64,000 bases of DNA from Bigelowiella natans CCMP2755 (taxonomy: Eukaryota; Protista; Cercozoa). How positions within the stretch are numbered: position 1 is the first letter of the stretch; every line of letters begins with the position of its first letter. The position numbers and the translations under genes are program-made. The stretch is from positions 1 to 64,000 of the forward strand of contig ADNK01002607.1 in assembly GCA_000320545.1 (NCBI GenBank), given 5' to 3'. Positions 42,905-55,765 of the stretch are shown one piece after another. The notes below the pieces were generated by a model that saw only the letters and a program-made list of their open reading frames with translations, did no database searches and was not told the DNA's origin.

Positions 42905-43747
42905 TGATATATGTAGATACAGCATTTGTAATACCGAAAAATGTATAGGTAGATATCGTAGCTTAATCACTAATTTCCAACACATACATCAGAACTCAAC
43001 GGCGGATCCCCCTCTTCCCTTTCCTCATCGTCATCAACGCTATCAACTTCCTCCTCCTCCTCCTCCTCCTCATCATCATCATCATCATCATCACGTGGAT
43101 CGTCTTTCTCCCCATCGATCGCATTCTCCGAGGAGCGTTGCCTGCGCGCATTCAATGCAGCTCGTAGAGCGTACATACGTGCACTGCCAGCATTGTATCC
43201 GCTTGAGTCTCACAAGGAACGACTAGGACAAGCCCTGGAGATCTACATGAGAGCGGCCACTGGATCATTGAAGGTTCTTGCTGTTATTGTTGTTGTTGTT
43301 CTTGTCGCTATTGCTACTACACAATAGAGGCGATAGTACTGGAAGTTGTTATTTAAAACACAAAACACTAATGCTACTCACATTCGTAATATGCTGCACA
43401 TAAGCGCCACATCGAATCGCGGCTCGTTAGTGTCTGTGAGACCCTTTGGAGATCTCGACGCCAGTGCCCTGCAGTATCACTATTTTCCCATTCCTGCACG
43501 CTACCTTATGGCCACGAGGGAGTCAATAGTGCTCCATCGTTATCGTCATCATCATTCTCCTCTTCCTCTCAAGCCGCCCCATCTTCCTCCTCCACCTCCT
43601 CCTCGTCCACATCATCGTCGTCATTATCGAGAAGACAAATGAGCAATCTGGGGGTGCATTTGTCCAGTTTTCGCACGTACGTTTGTTCTCCCTGTGGTCG
43701 TGAAGCGATCGAGGTGCAAGACCCTTTCCGATTGGATCAGGTACCAC

Positions 43748-43782
<35 letters not shown>

Positions 43783-44212
43783 ATTCTATCAAAGTAGAAG
43801 CCATTGCCCAGTCATCACCATTCTCATCATCATCCAAACCATTCAGATATGTGCGGCGGAGCGAGAGGCGTTTGCAAGGGCTCAATCCGTACTACTACTT
43901 CTACTACTACTACTACTACTACTATGTGCAACAAAGAAGCATGCCATGCAATACGAGTATGCTATGTTTGTAAACATGTAGCCTATATTTCCTCGTGCCC
44001 TTGCTTTTCCTGCGAGATACGACTAAAGTCGTTCATTTCTCTATGTGATTTGGCGGTTGCAGAGACTCGGTCCGATAAGCCAGATTTCTCTTCCTCCTGC
44101 GCAAGAGGAAATCGGAAGAAGGAGAAGGAGGAGGAGGAGGAAAGGCACAATGAGAGGAGCTGAAACAATACCACACTGGCATCTCTCACGGTAAATTCTC
44201 TCTCTTTCTCTC

Positions 44213-44288
<76 letters not shown>

Positions 44289-45454
44289 ACTACACCAATC
44301 TCACCACTGCAACGACTATTTACGACCTACTGCCACCTCGACAGACTCAACGAGAGCTACGATCCACGTCGAGGAATGATGTCTCAGGTGGTGTTTTCAA
44401 TCACACATTTGATAGTTGGATCAGCAGCAAGCAACAGCGATAGTAGTAGCCAAGTCACTCTCCTGTACAGAGCGCACAACATCTAATACGGCGACGACGA
44501 CACCAGAAGATTCTTTATAGTCACTAAAAAGAGCGCCAATGTTATAAATGTATGGTCCTACACTTCCTCCCCCCCCCCCCCCTTCTTTCATCAGCCTTGT
44601 CTGCATCCGAATTTTCGACATTTGATGCGATGGGAACCAAAGGTAGGCATGAACGAATGTCACATGTTGATGTTGATGTTGTTGATGATGATGATGATGA
44701 TGGTTTCAATTATCACGTGACAGTTATCAGAGACATGTGAGTGTGTGTGTGTGTGTGTGTATGCGTGTTCATCTGCGTGCGTGCTCTATATTGCAGATTC
44801 CTCCTGCGCTTGTGGCTTATGCAAACGACGATGATTTCCTCGTTTCATCACAAGCGTTCGTTCCACAATTTCCTCCCCCATCATCATCATCAGCAGCAGC
44901 AGCAACAACAACAACAACCTTAGGCAATCCTACTACTGAAGCTAGCAATACTTCTTGGAATAGTTCTGATAATGATGATGATGATGATGATGATGGTGAT
45001 GGTGATGGCGAAGGCGAGAAGGATAATGAGGAGCAAGATGATCACGCCAACGAACAGGGGAGGAGGACAAGGAGGGTGGGAACGAAGAGAAAAGCGTCCT
45101 CGTCCTCCAGTAGCAAGCAGAAGACGGCATATCTCGGCATTGAATACGCATGTCCACATCACCGCTGCATCCTCCCTCTTTCGTTCTTCGGTGTCGTGTC
45201 TCCGCGCGGAGAAAACAATGTAGGAGGAGGGGGGGAAGGAGGAAGGAGGGGAGGCGATGCTAAGACTACGACGAAGAAAAAGAGGCGACAAGTGTGCAAC
45301 AACCCAGGGACTGTACGTTCATGCAGCTTTCCTCCGGTAAAAGTGACCATAGATTATAGGAGGTATAAGTGGAGAGGAAAGGGGGGAAGAGGAAAGAGAT
45401 ATAGTTTCATGATTCTCTCCTTTCATCGTCAATGCTTTTCAGTGAAGCAATCCT

Positions 45455-45486
<32 letters not shown>

Positions 45487-46565
45487 TTCTGTCACCACAA
45501 CCAATGCTCACCATTGTCTCTTCTACTACCCTGCTACATCAGAGTGATATCCCGCTGCGTACAATGTGTCCTGGTTGTCTTCACGATAAAAACCACGTAA
45601 TTTGTGGCAGCAAGAGAGGGGGGGAGATGCCTGTCCGCAACTCCCCCGCCTCCTCATCGTCAGTATCTTCATCCTCAAGCGCAAGTTCAGACAAACAAAA
45701 GAACAGCCAGGATTTAGTGCAGTACGCACGTAAGTTAATGCCCTCCCTGGCTTGAACAAGGATAGAGGGGGGTGGGGGGGGGGGGGGAGAGACGTAGATG
45801 AGGAAGCACGTATATTACTTGGAATACCACAGCAGCACTTCCGCTGCCTTCATCGTCATCAACATCATCATCAGTAGCATCATTACCATCATCGTTAACA
45901 AATTCATGGTCACTATCTTCATCACTGCAAATATGAAAACAGGTTTTTCGCGAGTGTTTGTAGCAGTAGGAGCTAGAGACTTGTCGGGGCTCTCAGTGAC
46001 CGTGAATGCATGCGTCAAAGAGGATGCATATCGTCGGAATCAACGAGCAACAAGATGGAGGAGGACGACGAGGACAACAAACATAACAACGGCTGCGGCG
46101 ACGGCAACAAAGAACAGATACGACGACGAAAAGAAGGGCGTGAGCAAGCACAGAGAGCAGAAGCAGCAGCAACAGCAGACAAATAAGGAAGAAGAAGAGA
46201 GAAATGATGATAAGGCGGCGAATCAGAGCGACGACTACGACTTGCCGTGGTCAATTCCATCATCATCGTCAGCATTGTCATCATCGTCGTCATTGTCGTC
46301 CACAGTCCCGCCGTCGCCTAATACCGTTGGCCGCTGCAATGTGGTCTTGGAGAGTGGAGGCTTTTACGTGCTCAGTGCCCCCACAGTGTATGTGGATTGG
46401 AGGGAGGGGGAAGGAGAGGAAAGGGGGGGTGGAGGAGGAGGGGACGGCGGAGAAGAGGAAGAGGGAGAAACCTGTTACTATCCAGAGCCTGTACGTGAAG
46501 GAGATACTAACGGCGTGGTGGCTGGAGGATTTTATGAAAGGTGGGCCGCTCAATACATATTGTGA
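40421..46565 (+). CDS. SMG8: Nonsense-mediated decay factor SMG8-like, multi-exon, with low-complexity insertions
   Basis: ITVVAIVG, LAWLLEVSHLVLFTH, PQIAFCF, MKSQIQTIL, FSEERCLRAFNAARRAYIRALPALYPLESHKERLGQALEIY (compare SMG8 FSENRCQKALPMAHSAYQSNLPHNY..HKNQLAQALRVY), AYLGIEYAC, DIPLRTMC. Confidence 0.75.
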
Positions 46566-46623
46566 TGATTTCACGAGCACCAAGTATATGGTCGTACACA
46601 TGTTACATACTATATAGGTCTAC

Positions 46624-46666
<43 letters not shown>

Positions 46667-47100
46667 AATTATGTGTAGGTGTGTACGTATTACTCTGTGC
46701 ATTGATCCTTCTGCCCCCCGCTGTGATTTTGATCACGACTTAGCCACAACACATGCTGCTACAAGTATTTAAAGTTATTGCTCATTGCATATTATCGTTA
46801 GGCATTCCATTCGGCTGTTGGGGTTGGACACCTTAGTAGGGTGAATAAGCATCATACATAAAAGTGCTCATAAACATGTACAAAGCCCTAGCTAAATCAC
46901 CTTGCCGATTTGCACTTACAGAATGATTTTGGCCGCATCGCCATGCGGACATGTTACGATGCGTGTGTCTGGCATTGCAAGAAAACAGCATGAAGTCACT
47001 AATCATGTTGTGGCAACGGGCGGCTTCTTTTCTACATTGTCCCCTGCGTGGTCACCTGTTGCAACAAAATGCTGATGAACGAACTTAAATGTTTTGTGAT

Positions 47101-48095
47101 TTCGTGACCTGATGTGCACACGACTCAGAAAGTGAGCCTGTCGCACTGCCCAACTAGCCAAGGCAAACGCGAAAGCATGCTAGCATGCGTGCCTTGCACG
47201 TGCAAACACACACACGTCACACGCAACTGCTGAAAGTGAAACGTCTGAAACTGGAAAGATCGTGCGAACACCTGGGGCACTGCCCAATGCAAATGCTCAA
47301 TTGGTGGAACAGTCACGACTTTCCCACAATTGTGATTTGTTGCATGCACGTTGAAAGCGGAACCACAAATCCAGAAAGACATTGTGATGTTTCATTGTTG
47401 GCCATGGTGGAATTGTGCGCTTTTCACGTGTGCTGGCATGCCGATTGTTGCACGCTTCAATTTTCACAAGTTGCACAGATCAATTTCATGATCATCAAAC
47501 AACGTGATCCACAGGGGGGAAACCAATGATGCAATGAGACTCTTCATTGGCCTGGCACAGCGCCTCGTCATCATTGCCGTGCTCAAAGACACACCACCAT
47601 CTAGCCATGCCATGCGTGGCGTCAATTGCTAGGTTGGTCCAGTGGTGTGCACCTGTGTCGCACAGTCCAGCAGTGCTGGAATGGACAGGATCCTTGCCAC
47701 GTGGGGTTCTCAATGGAGGAAGTCGCTATTAGCACCCAAGGTTGCAAAACACAGGTGTCAGATTGTTCAACAGTGAACAATGAACAATGAACAATGAACA
47801 ATGATGATGAACCACGTTTCCAAAGTGTGTGGTTGTCGCAACGGAAAGAAAACTGATCCGAAAGATCAGCAGCATCATCATCAAAGTTCAAGAGAAATGA
47901 TGGACACGTGTGCACATTGTGCACATGTCACATTGCATGTCTGTCATGGAATTGGTTGCAGTCCATCATCATTGTTCATTGTTCATTGTTGTGGAAAGAA
48001 AGTGTGATCAATCCAGTGTTTCGAGTGCAATCGTGTTTGAATTTCACCACCTTTCTTTCAAAACGTCGACTTTTGTGTGACCTTCCTTTTTTGCC
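47101..48095. other. TpA-depleted intergenic island
   Basis: A manual count gave only 6 TA dinucleotides in about 1 kb, 4 of them in CTAG. Confidence 0.85.
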
Positions 48096-48203
48096 CGTTA
48101 TTCCAGCGCAGTCATTGTCGTAGGGGCAGGTTAGAACGTGTTTTACCCTGAATTTAACCGGGAAAACACGCAGATCTTCAAGCACCTCATTCGTTGCTCC
48201 ACA

Positions 48204-48835
48204 ATGGCAACTATGGCGTCGATCATACGGAGGTTTACAGTGTGGGGAAGGGTGGGTGAAGGAGGGGAGAAGAGCAAGGTGGGTCTGAAGTGATATCAGG
48301 TAGCGTGACTCCTTGATCCGATCTTGTTTAGTGTGTCCGTGGTCCTCTTTGCGGGGCTATTTCTGTTCGCTGGAATCCATAAGCTGGTACCCTTCCCGCT
48401 GAAGGAGGTCCACGAGAAGCTGAAAGAGGGGATGGAAAATAACATGTACGATCCTAAGCGACGATTAAAATTCCACATGCGTACGTAATTTTCTCATCAT
48501 TTCTCTCTAAAATCATGTTGTAAATCCACCACAGCTACCCCAAGGTCTGGAACTGGTCTCCTTTTAACGAGTTGTTTAAAACGGCCGAGAATCTTCGTTT
48601 GTTCATCGGATGCAGTGAAGTCCTTGGCGGCACAGCCTTGGTTCTGAGTCACTTTTCAGGATTCTATGGATTTGAGAAGCTTGTGATTGCGAATCTCATC
48701 ATAGTCCTTGCTCTAGCAGGATATACACACGTCGCGATGGACGATGTAAAGGGCCTTTCCCCAATCGTGTTCGGGGGTATCATAGGTACATATCTTCTCT
48801 TCGGTAGTAGTTCAGGAAAGGTCAAGGAAAATTGA
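48204..48835 (+). CDS. TMEM35/NACHO-like DoxX-family membrane protein, 3 exons
   Basis: VVLFAGLFLFAGIHKLVP..LRLFIGCSEVLGGTALVL..LALAGYTHVAMDD. Four hydrophobic segments and a C-terminal KVKEN (KxKxx ER-retrieval signal). Confidence 0.72.
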
Positions 48836-49143
48836 GCAAGATGTAGAGTACAGTAACATGAATAGTGCTGAGTGCCTAGCTTAGGTTTTAGAATTAACAG
48901 CTGCAGCAGACACCATATTATTGAATTCTTACGACAGCAAACATAAGAACATAATTGCTTTAGTATTGTAATCATTTTCATACGAGTTCGAGGAAGCGTT
49001 CTGCATTTGATACTTTGCTCTGTGCTATGTTATCCAGCTATGTTCAGTAGTCAGTAAAATACCAATGTGTACACACTGCACCTGCGCAAAGCTAGCTAAG
49101 GCACTAGCTAGCCAGTGTCAGAGACACGTTACAATAGTGTGTG

Positions 49144-49146
<3 letters not shown>

Positions 49147-49208
<62 letters not shown>
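49147..49208. repeat. (TA)n microsatellite, representative of many SSRs in the window
   Basis: About 30 perfect AT units. Similar (CA)n, (GA)n, (TA)n, (CAT)n, (TAG)n and (GAG)n tracts fill introns throughout the window. Confidence 0.95.
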
Positions 49209-49210
<2 letters not shown>

Positions 49211-49643
49211 TATCTAGCTATTGTTCACAATGGGCAAACGCCAGCTACGTACGTACATCTGCGCTTATAATTGCAAATGCTGTAGAGGCGATCGAAGGCA
49301 TGCAGCATCACCATCGTATCTGTAATGCACGGCGAGGCTATCGGCAGACTTGCTAGAGATTGCTAAAATTGTCGATTACCTGCTAGGTTTTTCCATGCGT
49401 GAGAAACATGGTGGCAAATGTCGAGTCGTTGGTCACTGCTGCTAGCCAATCTAGCAATGTGTTCGTTGTGAAATGATGTTGTCGCATGTCGAATGGTTTA
49501 TTATTTGTTTTTTTATGATTAATAATCTCAGGACACATTTGAGCAATTTGCGGGTGAATATAGTACAGATGAAACCACTGTAAAATGATACTTCACTAGC
49601 TAGCTAGGCATAAATTTACTGTCGCGTCGAAGCAACACGACCT

Positions 49644-52207
49644 CTATAATATCTCGAGATTTTCTGGCTTGAGTTTCGCTTTTTTAAGGCTTCCAAACAT
49701 CACTGGATATCTGGGAACAAAAATATATATTTCTTGAAATCCGATTGCTCGATGTTAAATACGTGGAGGTTTTGCGTTTATAATTGAACAATGTTTAAAA
49801 ATACGCTGTGAACTCAAAATGCCATCTCTTTATCAAAATGTCCTTCTACCTCCCATCGTCTTGTATCTCTTCTAACACCTACCAACAACAAAAAGAGTGC
49901 TGAATATACATATTTATATCAACTTGCGTATATGTTGTGAATGAGAATAAAAATTGCGTTGAATTGACCGTGACAAATCTGTTGTTGTATTTAGGAGCCT
50001 TCGCCAGGCCTACAACCCTGCACCTGGCGATTACAATAATGTTCACTCCTATGTTAATATGAACGTATCATGACTTCAAACACGAGGAAACAGCAGACGG
50101 AACGAGATAGCATTTGAAGTTATTCAATCTTTGGGAGGAGGAGAGAATGTGTCAGTTCATTTCAAGCACGCGGCTGTTCATAGTGATTTTTATCATGATG
50201 TCTTTCGAATTCCCTCATGTCTTTTTCCCTTCACCAGCATCCTCCCCCTTTATTATTCCCTTACTTGCAGTTTTTCGGTATCTCGAGGTGTTTCTTAGCC
50301 ACTGAGTGCTTCACACTAAGGCCGCCCTGCGCACAGAGTGACGCAACGATAGCAAGGACGTTAGCAGATAGTTGGCGGCATAGATGAGCTCGTTCTTACA
50401 TGCTCTTCAACCGTATTTAGCTAGAACACAGATTTACATCGAAGAACATTATTCGGAAGACTGTTCTTAAAATGCTGCCGTGTGGCGCAAGTGCAGGATC
50501 AAACTATCAGAAGATTCCAAAAATGTATTCGTTAGCGTTTCGCGAAATCATACCGTGGATGGCGAGACATTTTCTATAATGTACTTGCCTTCAGAGTCAT
50601 CCCATGTTGCTGTTGCATCTGATGGGGAAGTAAGATGATAAGTATCAACCACACAGCTACGATTGACACTTATGTCAGACATTCTCCCCCCCCTCTCTCT
50701 CCCTCCATCCCGCCCAACACACATATTACAGCATATTATGTATTATAGCTTCTATCGTTCTGAATCAAAACAATGCCGCTGCATGGAACAGTTTTGATGA
50801 TTACCGATGAATGCCTTTTTTTCCTGCTTGCCTTCTTCGATAACGCGAAAGTTGTGAATACCTCTCAGATTTCCAGGCTGATAAGAGGATATCATAGTAA
50901 ATCAAGCAGGCACACACTTATACACACGCGCGCGCTATGTAACCAGGTGGTATAAAAGCTTGGTGTTTGCGCGAAATATTTGCGGCTAATAATGAACTTT
51001 AAATGCCGGCATGACATTAGCGTTTTTAGTGTCGTCGAAGATTCCACAGAGGCTGACTTTTGTAACGGAGTAACATGGAAAATCTACCTTCATGCTGAAG
51101 GTCTTTCCCCCAACATTTACTGCGTAGCGCCCTTTCTGAAAGCTAGCGCAGCAAGAAACGGAGGGTACAATATACATGGATAAGGAACAGCATCACACCA
51201 GCATGATCTATGTGCTCCAAATTGAGAGAGAACTAACGGTTGCTCTTTGTGTGCTGTAAACTTACAACTAGATATACCTCACCTTTTAATCTCTGCTACT
51301 TTACCGTTATATTTGTCAACATCCAAGGAGTGGAGGATCACCTAGATATTATTCTTTTTAGCGATTGAGTACCGCATCCACGAGTGTCGTTTATTAGGGC
51401 TGGATAAAGCGCAATAGCCAAACAGCCACAAATACATAAAATAAATCGAAATTTGCGCGTTGACATCATTCAGTCGGCGTCATCTGGTCCCCGTAAGAGT
51501 AGCAGCAGCGCGTGTACCTTGGTCCCTGATGTATACCTTGTGGTGTCGTTGTAAGCCGCAAGTTCCAGACGAATCTCAAGAATTATGGAGATTATAAAAT
51601 AGTATAATGTTATTCATAAACATGGTTTGGGTATGGAATGTTATTCATAAACATGGTTTGGGTATGGGGGGGGAGGGGAGGGTTGTAACCAAGAACGGCT
51701 TATTAAGATGTGGAGGAAGGTGATGCTGAGCTATGTACCCAGCTTTCAAGCATCTGCTGATTAGCCCCCATTTCCGTTCTGGTCAACACACCATCACGGA
51801 AAAACTTGAATGTAGGTAACGATTTGATTTCGAAGCGAGCGGACAGCGACTGATGCTGGTCAGAATCCACTTTCAGGAATGTTACCTGAGAAGTGCCATG
51901 CAGTGTTGATGTACTGCAGCGAAGCTAAATCATTAAGGATCGGCGTTGTGTTCATTTTTGTCACTTACGTCTTCCAACACGCTGGCAAGCTGCTCGAAAA
52001 GCGGCGCGATTGCTTTGCAAGGCCCGCACCAATTTGCTGAAAGGAATGTTAGAGAAATGCGAATGATGATACCACACACCAGCAGCAGCAGTTCATTGAA
52101 ACACTCAGAGTGATTGTACCGAAAAAATCGACGACGACCACGTCCGAGGTATATGCAGCCTCAAATTCGCTCTGAGAACTGACGTGTATTACCTTCCCGC
52201 CTGGCAT
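49644..52207 (-). CDS. Thioredoxin (WCGPC) fused to C-terminal SH3/KOW-like repeats, about 12 exons
   Basis: [55 protein letters not shown], then GTKVILHSLDVDKYNGKVAEIK-SFQKGRYAV..SMKPGNL and CRVVGLAKAPKYNNRFV..RYPVMF..KLKPENLEIL-TAG. Middle exons approximate. Confidence 0.75.
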
Positions 52208-52789
52208 GCTAGATAATAACGTTGGAATGTGCGAGTCTGCTCTTGGAAGGAAGAGGTGCCGAAGCCGACGAAATCGATCGTATTCTGGTTTATTCGTTTT
52301 AATCGTATTGTCAAGTTACCGCCATCGGAAAATCACCAGCGTTTCTAGTGAACTCAACAGTTGTTGATCGGAACCCACAACGCAGAGCAACCATAGCTTC
52401 CGGGATGCTTTTTTTGCCGAAACAGCTTCTCACAAAATGTCCCTGCTTTTTGCACAGAGACTGTCTCGGGTACCGGAATTTTAATTAAGTTTTTGTTTCT
52501 TCATAGCACTGGTCTATCTGATGTTCACGTTTCATTTCAACAAACATTCGCTTGTCGCAGGAGGATTGTAGACTAAATTGTCATTGTTTTTCAGTAGACG
52601 GAAAGAGAAAGATATCTGAAACGGCACTGCAATCGGCTACGCGCACACGGTGAAATGCTACGTATAAGGATTTTGATGTTTTTGCCTGTCCGACAAGGAA
52701 GTCATTGTTGTCGCAGTCCATAAACGTCGGAATTCATTATGGTTTTTGATTAGTGGGTTACCCCACCAGACCCCAGAACAACACACATA

Positions 52790-54472
52790 ATGCTCGCATC
52801 TCTCAGGCGGACAACCCGCTCCTTGCTGGCTGGCAAGGCTGCCCCTCCCCTCGTGAGATCCCGCTGGCTATCTGATCTGAAATGTATGTCACGCTACGGC
52901 GAACTCAATTCTCATAAAGACGATGTTTACACTCGCTATCCTCTGACAAAGATGGTCTGCACCATCGGTCCTGTCTCTGAGGATTTTGAAACGCTGCAAC
53001 AATGTGTGAGCAGCGGTCTCCGTGTAATGCGCATGAACTTTTCTCACGCGACGTTTGAGGAGGCAAACATGCGTATGACTAACCTGCGAAAATCCAAGGG
53101 ATTCACGGGGAAGAACTTTAACATGCGGGCAGTAATGCTGGATACACAAGGCCCTGAGATCCGCTCTGGCATGCTCGTGGGGGACCCTCAGCATTCCACG
53201 CCGAAGAAAAAAAAGATGGAATTAGTGCGCGGTTCAACTATCACACTCACCACCAACAACGAGTACAAAGACAAAGGTACCCCAGACACACTATGGATTA
53301 GTTACACAAAGTTACCACAGAGTGTCTCTATTGGTGGCTCCATTCTTCTTGATGACGGTCTTGTGGAGCTACGCGTAGAGGAAGTCTTAGGTGGCGATGT
53401 CGTCTGCAGAGTCATGAACACCGCGCTCTTAGGAGAAAGGAAAGGGGTGAATCTCCCGGGGTGCGAGGTTGACCTTCCGGCCCTTACGGAGAAGGACAAG
53501 ACTGATATCCGCTTTGGCATCGAAAACGATATCGACTTCATTGCTGCTTCATTTGTTAGGAAAGGATCCGATGTGAAGGATATCAAGGATTTCGTTGAGG
53601 AAGTCCACGCTGAGTTTTGGCCAGCTGACCATCCAGTCCCTGGCATTATCTCAAAGGTCGAGAATCAAGAGGCACTCAAGAACTTCGATGACATCATGGG
53701 AGAATCCTACGGTATCATGGTTGCTAGAGGTGATCTTGGCGTAGAAATTCCGTTCGAAAACGTCACTTTGGCACAGAAGGAGATGATCTACAGATGCAAC
53801 CAGAACGGCGTGCCGGTCATCGTAGCAACACAGATGCTGGAATCGATGCAAGCCAACCCCCGCCCAACACGCGCAGAGGTCTCCGACGTTACCAACGCTG
53901 TGCTTGATGGCGCTGACTGTGTGATGTTGTCTGGAGAGAGCGCTAATGGCACGTATCCAGTTGAGTCTATTCGTGCACTTGGGTCCATCGCGGTGCAAGC
54001 AGACAAGCACGTGGCTATGATCAACGAAGGCCGCGCTGCAACGGTCTCGGGCTCCTCACCGTTGATGGGCAGTATCAAAGCTCTTGCTTACTCTGCCGTT
54101 CGTGCATCGCAGGAGCTTCAGGCCGTATGCATCATCGTGATGACATCCACTGGGAAAACAGCAAAGTACCTCTCCAGCTTCCGCCCATCGGTACCCATCA
54201 TGGCTTATATCGACAACGCTAAGATCGGGCGACAGCTGATCATGCATAGGGGTGTACATCCGCTTTATTTTAAGCCTGACGATGCCAAGCAAGGAACACC
54301 GGATGAGGCGGTGAGGAAAGCGATAGAATTTGGCTTCTGCGTGTCGGGGGACACCGTGCTTATCCTGCAATCCATTGAGCAAGATAACGGCTCCCATGAC
54401 GTCGCAATGCGCATTCGTAAGGTCAGCCCAGACGGAAGCCCGGAAAAGAATGAGAAGATATTGAAGTTCTGA
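52790..54472 (+). CDS. PK: Pyruvate kinase with N-terminal mitochondrial-type presequence, intronless
   Basis: TKMVCTIGP, RMNFSH, MLDTQGPEIRSG, KGVNLPG, ISKVEN, IMVARGDLGVE, ATQMLESM, RPTRAEVSDVTNAVLDGADCVMLSGESA. The N-terminus MLASLRRTTRSLLAGKAAPPLVRSRWLS is Arg/Ser/Leu-rich with no acidic residues. Confidence 0.97.
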   Translation: MLASLRRTTRSLLAGKAAPPLVRSRWLSDLKCMSRYGELNSHKDDVYTRYPLTKMVCTIGPVSEDFETLQQCVSSGLRVMRMNFSHATFEEANMRMTNLRKSKGFTGKNFNMRAVMLDTQGPEIRSGMLVGDPQHSTPKKKKMELVRGSTITLTTNNEYKDKGTPDTLWISYTKLPQSVSIGGSILLDDGLVELRVEEVLGGDVVCRVMNTALLGERKGVNLPGCEVDLPALTEKDKTDIRFGIENDIDFIAASFVRKGSDVKDIKDFVEEVHAEFWPADHPVPGIISKVENQEALKNFDDIMGESYGIMVARGDLGVEIPFENVTLAQKEMIYRCNQNGVPVIVATQMLESMQANPRPTRAEVSDVTNAVLDGADCVMLSGESANGTYPVESIRALGSIAVQADKHVAMINEGRAATVSGSSPLMGSIKALAYSAVRASQELQAVCIIVMTSTGKTAKYLSSFRPSVPIMAYIDNAKIGRQLIMHRGVHPLYFKPDDAKQGTPDEAVRKAIEFGFCVSGDTVLILQSIEQDNGSHDVAMRIRKVSPDGSPEKNEKILKF

Positions 54473-55765
54473 GGTGAACAAACAAACGACACATCTAAGT
54501 AGTGCAAGAATGGCTTCTCAAGACTCAAGTGACAACCCTAGTGTAGTGTTCGCACTTTGATGATGATGATTCGATTAGCAGCAAGATACATTTTTGTTAA
54601 TAGCTTTTGCATTTGGATGCCAATTAGTGTTAAAAAAAACCGATCTAATTCACTTGTAATAACGAAGAAGCCAGTGTCATTAAGCCAAGTTTAGGTGCTC
54701 AAGCCGTGTGAACAAGGGACAATTTAATGAGGCCAGGAGTAGAGCAATGCAACAGAGTTTGCATCATCAAAATTAATCCATGTAGTATTTACAACGTACA
54801 TTGGCAAGCAGCAATGTCACAAACGGGGTATCGATTGCTTGATTTGTGCATTTCGCGTTGACTTGAATTTTGATGCATCACAACAGCCACACGGCAACGC
54901 ATGGCAGCGAAGCGTGTGTTGAGCTTTGCTGCTTTATTGTTGTGTGCGAGCGCTCAATGCCAGCGCGCCATGAGGTGTTCACACGCAACTAACTGCTACT
55001 CATGCACACTGCACTGCACAGCAGCTTGACAGGCAAACCTAGCAGAAACGCATAGATGACAATGGACATGCATGCCGCACAGTGATGCAATGTGTGTTGT
55101 TCGCATGACACACACACATGCAATGTCACATAGGATGGTCGACCACATGAGTAGCTAACTAGCTGTACATGCATGATGATGTGCAAAATGTGCAGCTAAG
55201 AAATGTTGAAGCGAAATTAGAAAAAATCAAATTCTGTGTCGTGCAGTTCATCAAACACACAATTATAACCATGTGCATTCAGGTTTTAATTTGTCATTGC
55301 TGGGCTTCACGACTCAGTGCAAACACGAGCCTGTGTATCGCGGTGGCCTAGTGGCGCTTTGCGCGGAGCTCAAGTGGCAGGTTAGATTGTTTGAGAATTT
55401 GAACTCTGATCGTGATTGGACATCGACTTTAAGTCATAAATGTGCAAAACAGGTGACTGACATGAAACTGATCTGAGAGAAAGTTCTCCAGTCCCTTTAA
55501 GGTGATTTGATTCCATTCTCTCACAACCGTTCGCAAATCTTCCAGAAGAAACTTCAGGAAATGTCCCGGAAATTCTTCCAGATGCGAAGCTGCTATTTTC
55601 AGGCAAAGTTTGTGATTTGACAATGTGATGCTTCCGATCGTCTCACTCAGATCAGGTTTGAGCTCTTCGTGCGTGTTGCCGACAACACAAACCTGTTCTT
55701 AACGTGACGAGATGAAATGGGAAAATGACTGCATCATCAAACATGATATCAAATTTTTTTTTTTT

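Noticed and set aside
51606-51668. 32-bp tandem duplication (similar ones at about 8288-8345 and 16870-16980)
   Set aside because: Two-copy intronic slippage duplications with no spacers; not CRISPR or mobile-element ends.
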